Origin: an uncultured bacterium
Lineage (GTDB): Bacteria > Abyssobacteria > SURF-5
NCBI GenBank assembly: GCA_964510165.1
Contig: CAZEBC010000004.1
Coordinates: 15,879-50,496, forward strand
Length of the DNA stretch: 34,618 bases
Direction of reading: 5' to 3'
The notes beneath the pieces are model-generated. The model had not been told where the DNA came from, searched no databases, and saw only the letters and a list, made by a program, of their open reading frames with translations. This document shows, one piece after another, positions 8,957 through 16,953 of the stretch. The position numbers and the translations under genes are program-made. Position 1 is the first letter of the stretch, and each line of letters opens with the position of its first letter.

Positions 8957-11181
8957 CCCGCGCGGCCCCTCCGTCTTTTCGGCCCTGCATGTCGCGGCGC
9001 CGCCACTCCTGGGCGGGGCGCCTCTTTGCGTTTCTTCTTTGCGGGAGTTCCGGGTTCTTCTTCGGCGAGGATGAAATCCATTCGCTTTCTTTCTGTGTCC
9101 ACGCGGACGACCTGCACGGTAACTTCGTCGCCGAGCCGATACTTCTTGCCACTGTGTTCGCCGAGCAGGCAATGCTTCTCGTCGATGTAGGTGTAATAGT
9201 CGTCGCCCATGGTGCTGATATGAATCAGTCCCTCGACCAGGAAGTCCAGGAGTTCCACGAAGAGGCCGTACGAGTGGACGCCGGTGATCCGGCCCTTGAA
9301 CACGTCACCCACCTTGTCGCTCATGAACATAATTTGCTTGGTGAGCAACGACTCGCGCTCGGCCTCCATCGCCTCGCGTTCGCGGAGCGAGCAGTGTTCG
9401 GTAATGCGTTCAAGCCCCTCGCCGTAATCTTCGACGACGCCGCGTCTCCCTCTCCGGGCGAGTGCGCGCAGTATCCGGTGAACCACCAGGTCGGGATAAC
9501 GCCGGATGGGCGAGGTGAAATGCGTGTAGCAATCGCAAGCCAGTCCGAAGTGGCCGACGTTCTCGGGCGAGTAGCGCGCCTCGCGGAGCGAGCGCAGCAT
9601 CAGGTAATTGATGAGCTTTTCCTCGGGCTTGCCGCGGGCCTCGCGCGAAACTCGTTGCAGGCCGTTCGGCGTCCGCGCCTCCTCCTCAGTGAGGGTGTAG
9701 CCGAGTGACGCGATAAACTCGCGGAATGCACCCATCCTCTCGGGGTCGGGCTCCTCGTGAATGCGATAGACCATCGGCGCTTTCTTGCCGGTCACGTGCC
9801 GGGCGACGGTCTCATTTGCCAGCAGCATGAAATCCTCGATGAGCTGATGCGAGATGGTCTGTCTTCGGAGCACGATGTCAACCACCTGGCCCTCGCTTCC
9901 GAAGATGGCGCGCGCCTCGGGGAATTCGAAGTCGAGGCTGCCGCGCTTCATTCTTTTCTCCCTCAGCTTCTGGGCGAGCGCGTTCATGGTGAAGAGGCTA
10001 TCGGCGAAATCCGAATACCTTCGCTTGAGCTCGGCGTCGCCCTCCAGGATTGCGAGGGCCTGGTCATAATTCATTTTGTGAGTGACGCGGATGATGCTGT
10101 CGAATATTTCGTACCCGACGAGGTCTCCCTCGGGGGTTATTTCCATTCGCACGCTGTAGGCGAGGCGGTCTTCGTGTTCTCTGAGACTGCACAGGTCGTT
10201 CGAGAGGCGCTCGGGCAGCATCGGAATGACGCGGTCTTCAAGGTACACGCTGGTCGCCCGCTGATAGGCTTCCTCATCGATTACGCCGCCACGCTCCACG
10301 TAGTAGCTCACGTCGGCGATGTGTACGCCCAGCAGATAGTTGCCATTCTTGGCGATCTCGATGGAGACGGCGTCGTCGTGGTCCTTCGCCTCGACAGGGT
10401 CGATGGTGACCATCAGGAGGTCGCGCAGGTCGGTGCGGAACTCAAGTTCGCTCTCCGGTATCTCACGCGGGAGTTTTTCCGCCGCCTCTGTCACTTCGGG
10501 CGGGAACTCCGAGGGCAAGCCGTGCTTGCGTATGAGCACTTCGGTGTCGAGGCCGACGGCATCCTTCCAGCCGAGCACGTCGATGATTCTGCCCTCCGGG
10601 TTCTTGTGGTGCGAGGGATACTCGGTCAGCTCGACCTCGACGACCTGTCCGGGCCGCGCCTCAAGCGAATCGGTATCGTCAACATAGATGTATTGCGTTA
10701 TCCGTTCGTCGATCGGCTTGACGTAGCTGAATGTTCGGCCCTGCTCATAAACACCCACGATGGTCAAATGGGCGCGCTCGAGCACGCGGATGATCTTTCC
10801 GCGCAGCCGCTCGGCGGTCAGGCGTCCCATCACGCGGACGACAACTTTGTCGCGATGCATGGCGCCTTTGACCTCGCGTCCGGCAACATAGATATCGGGA
10901 AGGTTGGTCTGCCCGGGACGGGGGAGCGGCTCGACGAAACCGTAGCCGTCCGGATGGGCGGTGAAAGTGCCGACCACCAGGTTCATATGCTCGGGCGCGC
11001 CGAAACGCTTGCCGCGAGTCTCGACCACTTCGCCCTCTTCCAGCAGTTCTCGCACGGCGGCCCTGAGGGTGCGCGTCTGCTCATCGCCGAGCTCGAGCGC
11101 CTTGGCGATTTCCTTCATCTTCAGAGGACGGTTTGCCGACTCACGAAGCAGGTGGAGGATGTTTTCTTTCAGGGTTTCCAA
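8953..11181 (-). CDS. rnr: Ribonuclease R
   Basis: 742 aa, TTG start; HPDGYGF cold-shock domain, TIDPVEAKDHDDA, HIADVS, GHFGL, YTHFTSPIRRYPDL, S1 domain, basic C-terminal tail. Confidence 0.96.
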   Translation of the reverse strand: METLKENILHLLRESANRPLKMKEIAKALELGDEQTRTLRAAVRELLEEGEVVETRGKRFGAPEHMNLVVGTFTAHPDGYGFVEPLPRPGQTNLPDIYVAGREVKGAMHRDKVVVRVMGRLTAERLRGKIIRVLERAHLTIVGVYEQGRTFSYVKPIDERITQYIYVDDTDSLEARPGQVVEVELTEYPSHHKNPEGRIIDVLGWKDAVGLDTEVLIRKHGLPSEFPPEVTEAAEKLPREIPESELEFRTDLRDLLMVTIDPVEAKDHDDAVSIEIAKNGNYLLGVHIADVSYYVERGGVIDEEAYQRATSVYLEDRVIPMLPERLSNDLCSLREHEDRLAYSVRMEITPEGDLVGYEIFDSIIRVTHKMNYDQALAILEGDAELKRRYSDFADSLFTMNALAQKLREKRMKRGSLDFEFPEARAIFGSEGQVVDIVLRRQTISHQLIEDFMLLANETVARHVTGKKAPMVYRIHEEPDPERMGAFREFIASLGYTLTEEEARTPNGLQRVSREARGKPEEKLINYLMLRSLREARYSPENVGHFGLACDCYTHFTSPIRRYPDLVVHRILRALARRGRRGVVEDYGEGLERITEHCSLREREAMEAERESLLTKQIMFMSDKVGDVFKGRITGVHSYGLFVELLDFLVEGLIHISTMGDDYYTYIDEKHCLLGEHSGKKYRLGDEVTVQVVRVDTERKRMDFILAEEEPGTPAKKKRKEAPRPGVAAPRHAGPKRRRGRAG

Positions 11182-11224
11182 ACTGTGTTTAGTCCGTTCC
11201 AGGCTCTGATATGCCTTGTTGTCG

Positions 11225-11291
11225 CGTGTTGCGTCTTGCGTGTTTCGTGTCGGTTGTTACGTGTCCTGGTGCTTGAGAACACGCAACACGA
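11225..11291. repeat. Heptamer tandem repeats with an inverted partner arm
   Basis: cgtgttg-cgtcttg-cgtgttt-cgtgtcg followed ~25 nt later by complementary gaacacg-caacacg. Confidence 0.65.
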
Positions 11292-11306
11292 TTATTCACT
11301 ATAAGT

Positions 11307-11351
11307 AAAAAGAAGCTCGACGCCGGGGAAATGATTCTCCTTCGAGCTTCT
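11307..11351 (-). terminator. Intrinsic terminator-like hairpin between the rnr promoter and rnr
   Basis: Perfect 10-bp stem agaagctcga (11311-11320) / tcgagcttct (11342-11351); U-run follows on the minus strand. Confidence 0.6.
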
Positions 11352-11365
11352 GCCGATTTCGCCTT

Positions 11366-11395
11366 ATTATAACGCACTTGCAGAGAGCGTGTCAA
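11366..11395 (-). promoter_or_regulatory. Sigma70 consensus promoter facing rnr
   Basis: Minus strand TTGACA (11395-11390), 18 nt, TATAAT (11371-11366). Confidence 0.8.
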
Positions 11396-11418
11396 CGAGG
11401 GCAAAGTCGCAACCGAAA

Positions 11419-11464
11419 CCCCTCACCCCAACCCTCTCCCAGTGGGAGAGGGCAGGGTGAGGGG
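11419..11464. repeat. CCCCTCACCC/CCCTCTCCC-type palindromic repeat
   Basis: cccctcaccc-caa-ccctctccc-agt-gggagaggg-ca-gggtgagggg nested inverted repeat. Confidence 0.75.
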
Positions 11465-11552
11465 AAAGAAAACACAGAAATTCCAGAAATCTGAAGAATA
11501 TCTTGGTGATATCTTGGTGTACTCGGTGACTTGGTTTTTGGGGAGCACTTTG

Positions 11553-12464
11553 TCACACCCCGCGAAGTTCCCTCAGGTGACCGGAATACGCCGCGGAAAT
11601 CGTGGTCCATTTGAAATCATTCAGGAGGCTTCTGATCTTTTGGCGGGCGCCGCGCCGGCCGACATTATGGAAGAAGCTCTCGCGAAGCGAAAGCTGAATC
11701 TTGTGATGCCTTGTGTCAATGTCGCTCGGGTGAAAATAGAGCATAAAGGCGCGACCCCGCGAGTGAGCGAGCGACATCAGGCGGCGTATCAAGATGGCCG
11801 GCAACATTCTCAGATAGACTCCGCCACCGAACGGAATCCGGAGCGGACCGAAGTCCAACGCGGGGAGCGGGATTTCAAGGAGCCTGCTGCCTTTGGGGGT
11901 GGTCAGCAGACAGGGGCGCAGCGGAAAATTGGCAACACCGTACATGTAGTTCTTGATAGGAAAAACGCTGGAGTCATACAGGAATCCTCCCTCACAGAGG
12001 ACGTCGAGCGCCCACGGATTACGGTCGGTGATCGAGCATGAGGGCGCTCTAAATCCGATGACCTTCTTGCCAGTCTGCGAGGATATCGCTCCGACCGCCT
12101 GCTTCAGGTCTTCCCGGAACTCCGAGGCGCTCTGCTCGTAAATCAAGGTGTGCGAATCGCTGTGACAGGCAATCTCGTGGCCGTTTTGGTCAATGGCGCG
12201 GACGAGCGCGGGATACGTGCGGGCAACGCAGCCCAGAACGAAGAAGGTCGCCTTCGAGCCGGTCCGACTCAGGATGTCCAGTATCTCCATCGTATTATCG
12301 TAAACGGTGCTCACTGACGTGTCGATACGGGACGGGTCCGCGCTCACGTAATTGACGTGATACCATTCCTCGACGTCTATCGTCAGGACACGGGCCCGAA
12401 GCCCGGTCTCGTCGAGCGGTTCGATCTTTTCGAGATTAAGCGGGTTCCTTGCCAAGTTTTTCAA
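11553..12464 (-). CDS. Polysaccharide deacetylase (CE4/NodB, DUF3473-type)
   Basis: 303 aa; LTIDVEEWYH, KATFFVLG, GHEIACHSDSH, GFRAPS, YDSSVFP, GGGVYLR, YFHP; start uncertain. Confidence 0.9.
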   Translation of the reverse strand: MKNLARNPLNLEKIEPLDETGLRARVLTIDVEEWYHVNYVSADPSRIDTSVSTVYDNTMEILDILSRTGSKATFFVLGCVARTYPALVRAIDQNGHEIACHSDSHTLIYEQSASEFREDLKQAVGAISSQTGKKVIGFRAPSCSITDRNPWALDVLCEGGFLYDSSVFPIKNYMYGVANFPLRPCLLTTPKGSRLLEIPLPALDFGPLRIPFGGGVYLRMLPAILIRRLMSLAHSRGRAFMLYFHPSDIDTRHHKIQLSLRESFFHNVGRRGARQKIRSLLNDFKWTTISAAYSGHLRELRGV

Positions 12465-12801
12465 TCTGTTCCAACTTCCATTGCAAGAGGCCTATCTGTT
12501 GGACAAGCACTTCCTTTTCGCGTTCGTGCCTTGAAATCATGACGGTGAGGTAAAGGAGTATTGCCCCGCAGAAGAGCAAGCCCGCGAGGAAGAACAGGGA
12601 CGGCTCATAGATGATTCCCAACAAGTGGGCCACCTTGATCCAGAGCGAATACCAGAACGTGAGTATGAGCACCGTCACGCTCGACATGAGCCACACCATT
12701 CCCAGATGGTCTTTCAGTTTCCCCCGGCGGATCAGGTCAACGATCAGAAGCGTAAGCAGAACGGCGCATATCTTCACGATGAGCAGAATCGGCTGGAACA
12801 T
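12436..12801 (-). CDS. DUF2304 family membrane protein
   Basis: 121 aa; three hydrophobic segments, IRRGKLK, LLGIIYEPS, C-terminal coiled LVQQIGLL; follows GT2. Confidence 0.85.
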   Translation of the reverse strand: MFQPILLIVKICAVLLTLLIVDLIRRGKLKDHLGMVWLMSSVTVLILTFWYSLWIKVAHLLGIIYEPSLFFLAGLLFCGAILLYLTVMISRHEREKEVLVQQIGLLQWKLEQIEKLGKEPA

Positions 12802-12804
12802 TGC

Positions 12805-13551
12805 CTACTCCTTTCGCCTTCCTTTGAGAATGGAGACAAACACGACGGTGGTCACCTTCAGCGCGTAATAGATGGATTCAAACCAGTCAATCGAAGAACG
12901 GCCCGCCTGCCTCTCTTTCATGACTATCGGCGCCTCCTTCACCTCGAACCCGTTTCTCAATGTGTTAACCAGCGCCTCGACCTCGGGATAATCCGAGGCA
13001 TAGTCCCTTGCATACAGTTCGACCAGCCGGCGGCTCATAGCCTGAAACCCGGAGGTCGGGTCCGTAACAGTCTTGCCGAACAACAGCTTGACCAGCGCAG
13101 AAAACCAGGCGATGCCCAGCCGCCTCATGCCCGACGCCTGGTATCCCTGCCGCTTCAGAAAGCGCGAGCCGATGCACAGGTCGGCCTCGCCCGACAGGAC
13201 AGGCTCGAGCACGGCGGGGATATATGACGCCACATGCTGCCCATCGGCGTCTAGCCTCACTATCGCTTCATATCCGCACTCCAGCCCGAACTTGAAACCC
13301 GCCTGCAATGCCACCCCGATTCCCGCGTTGAGCGGAAGCCTGACGACCTCGGCCTTTCTCTCACGCGCAATATCTATCGTATTGTCGGTCGAGCCGTCAT
13401 CCACGACGAGGATATCGCATGCATATTCGAGGTTTGATATGACGAGCCGGATATCATCTATCACGCCGCCCACGTTGTCGGCTTCGTTGTACGCCGGCAG
13501 CAGGATCAGTATTTTCGTTATGTCAGGCATGTCCTGTTGTAGCGCAGGCAT
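12805..13551 (-). CDS. Glycosyltransferase family 2 (polyprenol-phosphate glycosyltransferase-like)
   Basis: LPAYNEA, VVDDGSTDNT, LDADGQH, IGSRF, DPTSGF, DYPEVE; start 13551 or 13530 (ORF open to 13596). Confidence 0.92.
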   Translation of the reverse strand: MPALQQDMPDITKILILLPAYNEADNVGGVIDDIRLVISNLEYACDILVVDDGSTDNTIDIARERKAEVVRLPLNAGIGVALQAGFKFGLECGYEAIVRLDADGQHVASYIPAVLEPVLSGEADLCIGSRFLKRQGYQASGMRRLGIAWFSALVKLLFGKTVTDPTSGFQAMSRRLVELYARDYASDYPEVEALVNTLRNGFEVKEAPIVMKERQAGRSSIDWFESIYYALKVTTVVFVSILKGRRKE

Positions 13552-13573
13552 CTTGCCTGCTATCTCGAACCTC

Positions 13574-14644
13574 TCAGAATATATCATACATGCCAAACGA
13601 CACGTCGAAATCCGAAACGCCGATGTTCGTAATCGGCGCGCTGTGGCCCTGCCAGATCACGACGAACGGCTGCGGCTCAAACCGCGAGGGCACAACCACA
13701 AACCCCGCTCGCTTCAGCATGCCGAGCTTGCGAGAGTTGGGGGGGGCCAGACAAAACGTCGCCGCGCACCCCTGCGCCTCGCAATCAGCGAAAATGTGGC
13801 TCATCAACGTTTCCACCATCTCCACATCCGCGTCCGCAGAAAGGAACAGGTCGTTCACAGTCCCGATCTTCACATCATCCCACATCGAGATTCGATAGAC
13901 CGCCAGGGCGTCCGTTTCGTCGCCTCTCCCCGTAGTTATGATACGGTATTGCCGCTTCGGGATATCGAGGTAACGCCAATTGAGCCAGGCGTTCTCCATC
14001 GCCGGCGTGATTCTTGAGTTCTCGCGCAGACGCTCGAGCGGCAAACCCTCGAAGGAAGGCCTTTCTATAATTTTCAGCCGCGCGCGGGCGTTCCCGGCGA
14101 CCGCTCTCACGAAGAAACTATCCAGTCCCCGCAGTCTCTCGAAAAAACCGCTTGAATATCGGGCCGACAACAAGGCCGACAGCCGGTGTGGGCGAATAAG
14201 AAGGCATGCGCGGCCTATGTCGGCATAGCCCATCTTTCGGGTCAGGTCGGGATAGCTGTTTGGATTTGGCAGGCCGTAGGAAAATGCGACGCCTCGCTGT
14301 TTCAGGCCCTCGCACACGACCGTGCCGACTCGGGGGAAGAGGCGCAGGCGTCTGTAGTTTGGGTGCGTGAGGCCGTTCACCAGCACGGCGGCGGTCGCTC
14401 GCATGCCGTCGAAGATAACGGGAACCGGCACGGCGGCAAGCACGGCGCAGACCATGCCGTCCGGCGCAACGGCGCAACCAATCGTCGCCCGTCCCTCGGG
14501 ATTGCGCCGGTATTCCCAGTCGAAATACTCCGGGAATGACGTGTCCACGTCGCCGTAATTGAGGCGAACCGTGTCCACTATCCGCCGTTGGTCGGCATCT
14601 TCCCACGGGCGGAAGACAAAGCCTTCGGTTGACCGCATGGCCAT
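13574..14644 (-). CDS. GNAT-family N-acyltransferase (tandem GNAT, envelope-cluster type)
   Basis: YFDWEYRRNPEG, THPNYRRLRLF acetyl-CoA loop, YGLPNPNSY, WLNWRY; start uncertain (14638-14743). Confidence 0.75.
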   Translation of the reverse strand: MAMRSTEGFVFRPWEDADQRRIVDTVRLNYGDVDTSFPEYFDWEYRRNPEGRATIGCAVAPDGMVCAVLAAVPVPVIFDGMRATAAVLVNGLTHPNYRRLRLFPRVGTVVCEGLKQRGVAFSYGLPNPNSYPDLTRKMGYADIGRACLLIRPHRLSALLSARYSSGFFERLRGLDSFFVRAVAGNARARLKIIERPSFEGLPLERLRENSRITPAMENAWLNWRYLDIPKRQYRIITTGRGDETDALAVYRISMWDDVKIGTVNDLFLSADADVEMVETLMSHIFADCEAQGCAATFCLAPPNSRKLGMLKRAGFVVVPSRFEPQPFVVIWQGHSAPITNIGVSDFDVSFGMYDIF

Positions 14645-14915
14645 TTCGTCAAGCCGCTCTCGCGTACCGTTCTTCATGACTTTTAAGAACAGCAAGAGGC
14701 ACGTGGATACAGAAGAGCATTCTATAGCCGGATAAAGCACCATTGGCAGGTTTGATGTCAGTTCTCCTTCGCGAATGGCTCAAGAATATCAAAGCTTTAC
14801 AACTCAAGTCAAGGCGCGATTATGGGGCGCGAATGCTGGACAACAACGGCGCGACATTGTAGAATGGTGCCGGATTTGGTTCTCCCCACCGGCAGCGAAA
14901 GGGCGCGGAGACGTG

Positions 14916-15824
14916 TTGACTTTCCCAAGAACAACGGCAGTTATCCTGCCCCTGCTTTTCATGATCGGGTGCAGCGGTCTAGGAAATGAGAACTTGAACC
15001 CCGCTCGTCTGCTGCCGTCAGGCCCCCCGAATTGGCGACACCTCGAGGACCTTAGTTTCACCGGTATTTCACTCTCCGATTATATCAACGGTGGCGCCGA
15101 AGCATACTTTGCCTACGGCTTTGAACAAGTCGCAGTCAGGAAATTCCAGAACAACTCCGACATGCGCCTGACGGTCGAAGTCTACGAGATGGACAAGGCT
15201 GAGGACGCCTTCGGAGCCTATTCGAGCGATTCTTCCGGCGAGCGATGGGACATAGGCGAGGACTCCTCGTTCAGTCACGGCCTTCTCAGATTCTGGAAAG
15301 GGCCTTATTTCGTGCGCATCTTGTGTTTTCCGTACGATTCGTCGAGCGAAGCGATCATCCGCGAGATCGGCGCGAAGATTGCCGGTTCGATAACGGCCGA
15401 AAGCAGAAGGCCGGACATGCTCGAAATCCTGCCCGCCGAGAACATCATGCCCGATTCGGTCTGCTATTTTCATCGGCAGACCTCGCTCAACAATATCCGA
15501 TTCATCTCTGATGAGAACCCGCTCGATCTTGGCGACGACACTGAGGCGCTCACCTGGGAACAATACGTTCGAAGTCCCAACGCGGATAATGGCAGGCTCA
15601 GGCAGATAGTGATCAAGTATCCTTCATCTTCGGCCGCGGAGGCAGCGTTCAGGAAATTTGAAGTGAACATACTTAACGGCGCGCCCGAGCACACTGACGG
15701 AAAAGACTGCGCAAGGGCGGGGCGCTCCGGGATGTGGTTGTGTATAGTTCTTGACGCACCGTCGTGCGAAGCGGCGGAAGGAGCCCTTGCGCAGACATTG
15801 AACACGCTCGCCCGGCAATCGTAG
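14916..15824 (+). CDS. Putative lipoprotein, DUF6599-like
   Basis: Lipobox-like LFMIGC; LSDYINGGAEAY, VEVYEM, AFGAYS, FWKGPYFVRI; GGAG before TTG 14916 (ORF open from 14775). Confidence 0.7.
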   Translation: MTFPRTTAVILPLLFMIGCSGLGNENLNPARLLPSGPPNWRHLEDLSFTGISLSDYINGGAEAYFAYGFEQVAVRKFQNNSDMRLTVEVYEMDKAEDAFGAYSSDSSGERWDIGEDSSFSHGLLRFWKGPYFVRILCFPYDSSSEAIIREIGAKIAGSITAESRRPDMLEILPAENIMPDSVCYFHRQTSLNNIRFISDENPLDLGDDTEALTWEQYVRSPNADNGRLRQIVIKYPSSSAAEAAFRKFEVNILNGAPEHTDGKDCARAGRSGMWLCIVLDAPSCEAAEGALAQTLNTLARQS

Positions 15825-15846
15825 GGGCGACCCCATGTGGTCGCCT
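15821..15846 (+). repeat. GTAG-type REP element
   Basis: GTAG-g-ggcgacc-ccatgt-ggtcgcc; its TAG is the stop codon of the upstream CDS. Confidence 0.75.
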
Positions 15847-15865
15847 CCACTCGGGAGGGAACCTT

Positions 15866-16882
15866 ATGGAATCACAAAACGGCGCTTTCGACAAGATCAC
15901 GCGAAGGTCGTTCATCAAGGGGACCGCGCTCGGAGCGGCTGGCGCGGCTCTCGGGATATCAAGCTGTTCGCCGTTCGCCGAGGCGGGACATGAGCCTGTC
16001 GCGAACGATTCGCTTCCGCCCGGCAAGAGCAAGGTCGTTCTGATCCGGGACCAGCATGCGCACGGCGACAGCGGCAACCTCGATGAACCGACGCTCGCGA
16101 AGATGCTGGAGCAAGGTATTCTCGAACTGACTGGCGAAACGAAGGCCGAGGCCGCCTGGTCGAAATTCTTCGGGCCCAACGACGTCGTCGGATTGAAGAC
16201 AAATGTGATGATGACGCCCACCTCGCCCGAGTTGTCGCGCTGTGTCGTCCGCGGGATCATGATGGCTGGCGTCTCGGAACAAAGCATTATCCTGTGGGAC
16301 CGCGACGATGCGGGCCGGGGATTGAAGGGCGCATCCGTCCGTGAGGAGAAGTTTGGATACGACTCGAAGTCGCTCAGTCGCATCATTACTGACAAGGCCA
16401 CAGCACTGGTGAACGTGCCGGGGATGAAGGTTCATTGGCTCGCGGGGGTCGCGGTCTCGATGAAGAACTGGGTCGGCGCACTCACCAACATCAACGTGCC
16501 CGACGTCGGCGTAGCCTACAAGATTCACAAAGATAGCTGCGCCGAATGCGCGAGCATCCCCGCGATTCCGGCGATACGCGACAAATGCCGGCTGGTCGTC
16601 GTTGACGCGCTCGTCCCGCTGTTCCACGGCGGCCCGTCGGTCAACCCTCAATATCTGTGGCCGTACCGCGGCATTATCCTGGGAACCGACCAGGTCGCGG
16701 TGGATACGGTCTGCATGAAGATACTCGAAGCGAAACGAAGGGAATACAAGGGCGCGGACTGGCCCATCAGCCCGCCGCCGAAGCACATCTTCTTGGCCGA
16801 AGAGAAATACAAGCTTGGCCACGCAAGAATGGAAAATATAGATCTCGTGAAACTCGGCTGGCAAGAGGGAGCGCTGGTGTAA
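15866..16882 (+). CDS. Tat-exported DUF362 domain protein
   Basis: 338 aa; twin-arginine TRRSFIK, VVGLKTN, NVPGMKVH, SMKNWVG, DQVAVD; GGGAGG RBS. Confidence 0.82.
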   Translation: MESQNGAFDKITRRSFIKGTALGAAGAALGISSCSPFAEAGHEPVANDSLPPGKSKVVLIRDQHAHGDSGNLDEPTLAKMLEQGILELTGETKAEAAWSKFFGPNDVVGLKTNVMMTPTSPELSRCVVRGIMMAGVSEQSIILWDRDDAGRGLKGASVREEKFGYDSKSLSRIITDKATALVNVPGMKVHWLAGVAVSMKNWVGALTNINVPDVGVAYKIHKDSCAECASIPAIPAIRDKCRLVVVDALVPLFHGGPSVNPQYLWPYRGIILGTDQVAVDTVCMKILEAKRREYKGADWPISPPPKHIFLAEEKYKLGHARMENIDLVKLGWQEGALV

Positions 16883-16900
16883 GGCAATTGCGATTTGCTC

Positions 16901-16926
16901 GTAGGGCAGGCCCCCGCGCCTGTCCT
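16901..16926 (+). repeat. GTAG-type REP element
   Basis: GT-agggcaggc-ccccgc-gcctgtcct. Confidence 0.7.
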
Positions 16927-16953
16927 GAGCCCCTTACTGAGGACTGAACTTAC

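Noticed and set aside
8957-9172. 72-aa N-terminal extension of ArgC in the ORF track
   Set aside because: Overlaps rnr; the real start is ATG 8956, where the Rossmann motif begins.
5540-11304. Long plus-strand ORFs (530, 459, 515 aa) opposite argB/argJ/argC/rnr
   Set aside because: Antisense shadows of well-conserved genes in GC-rich DNA; no recognisable motifs.
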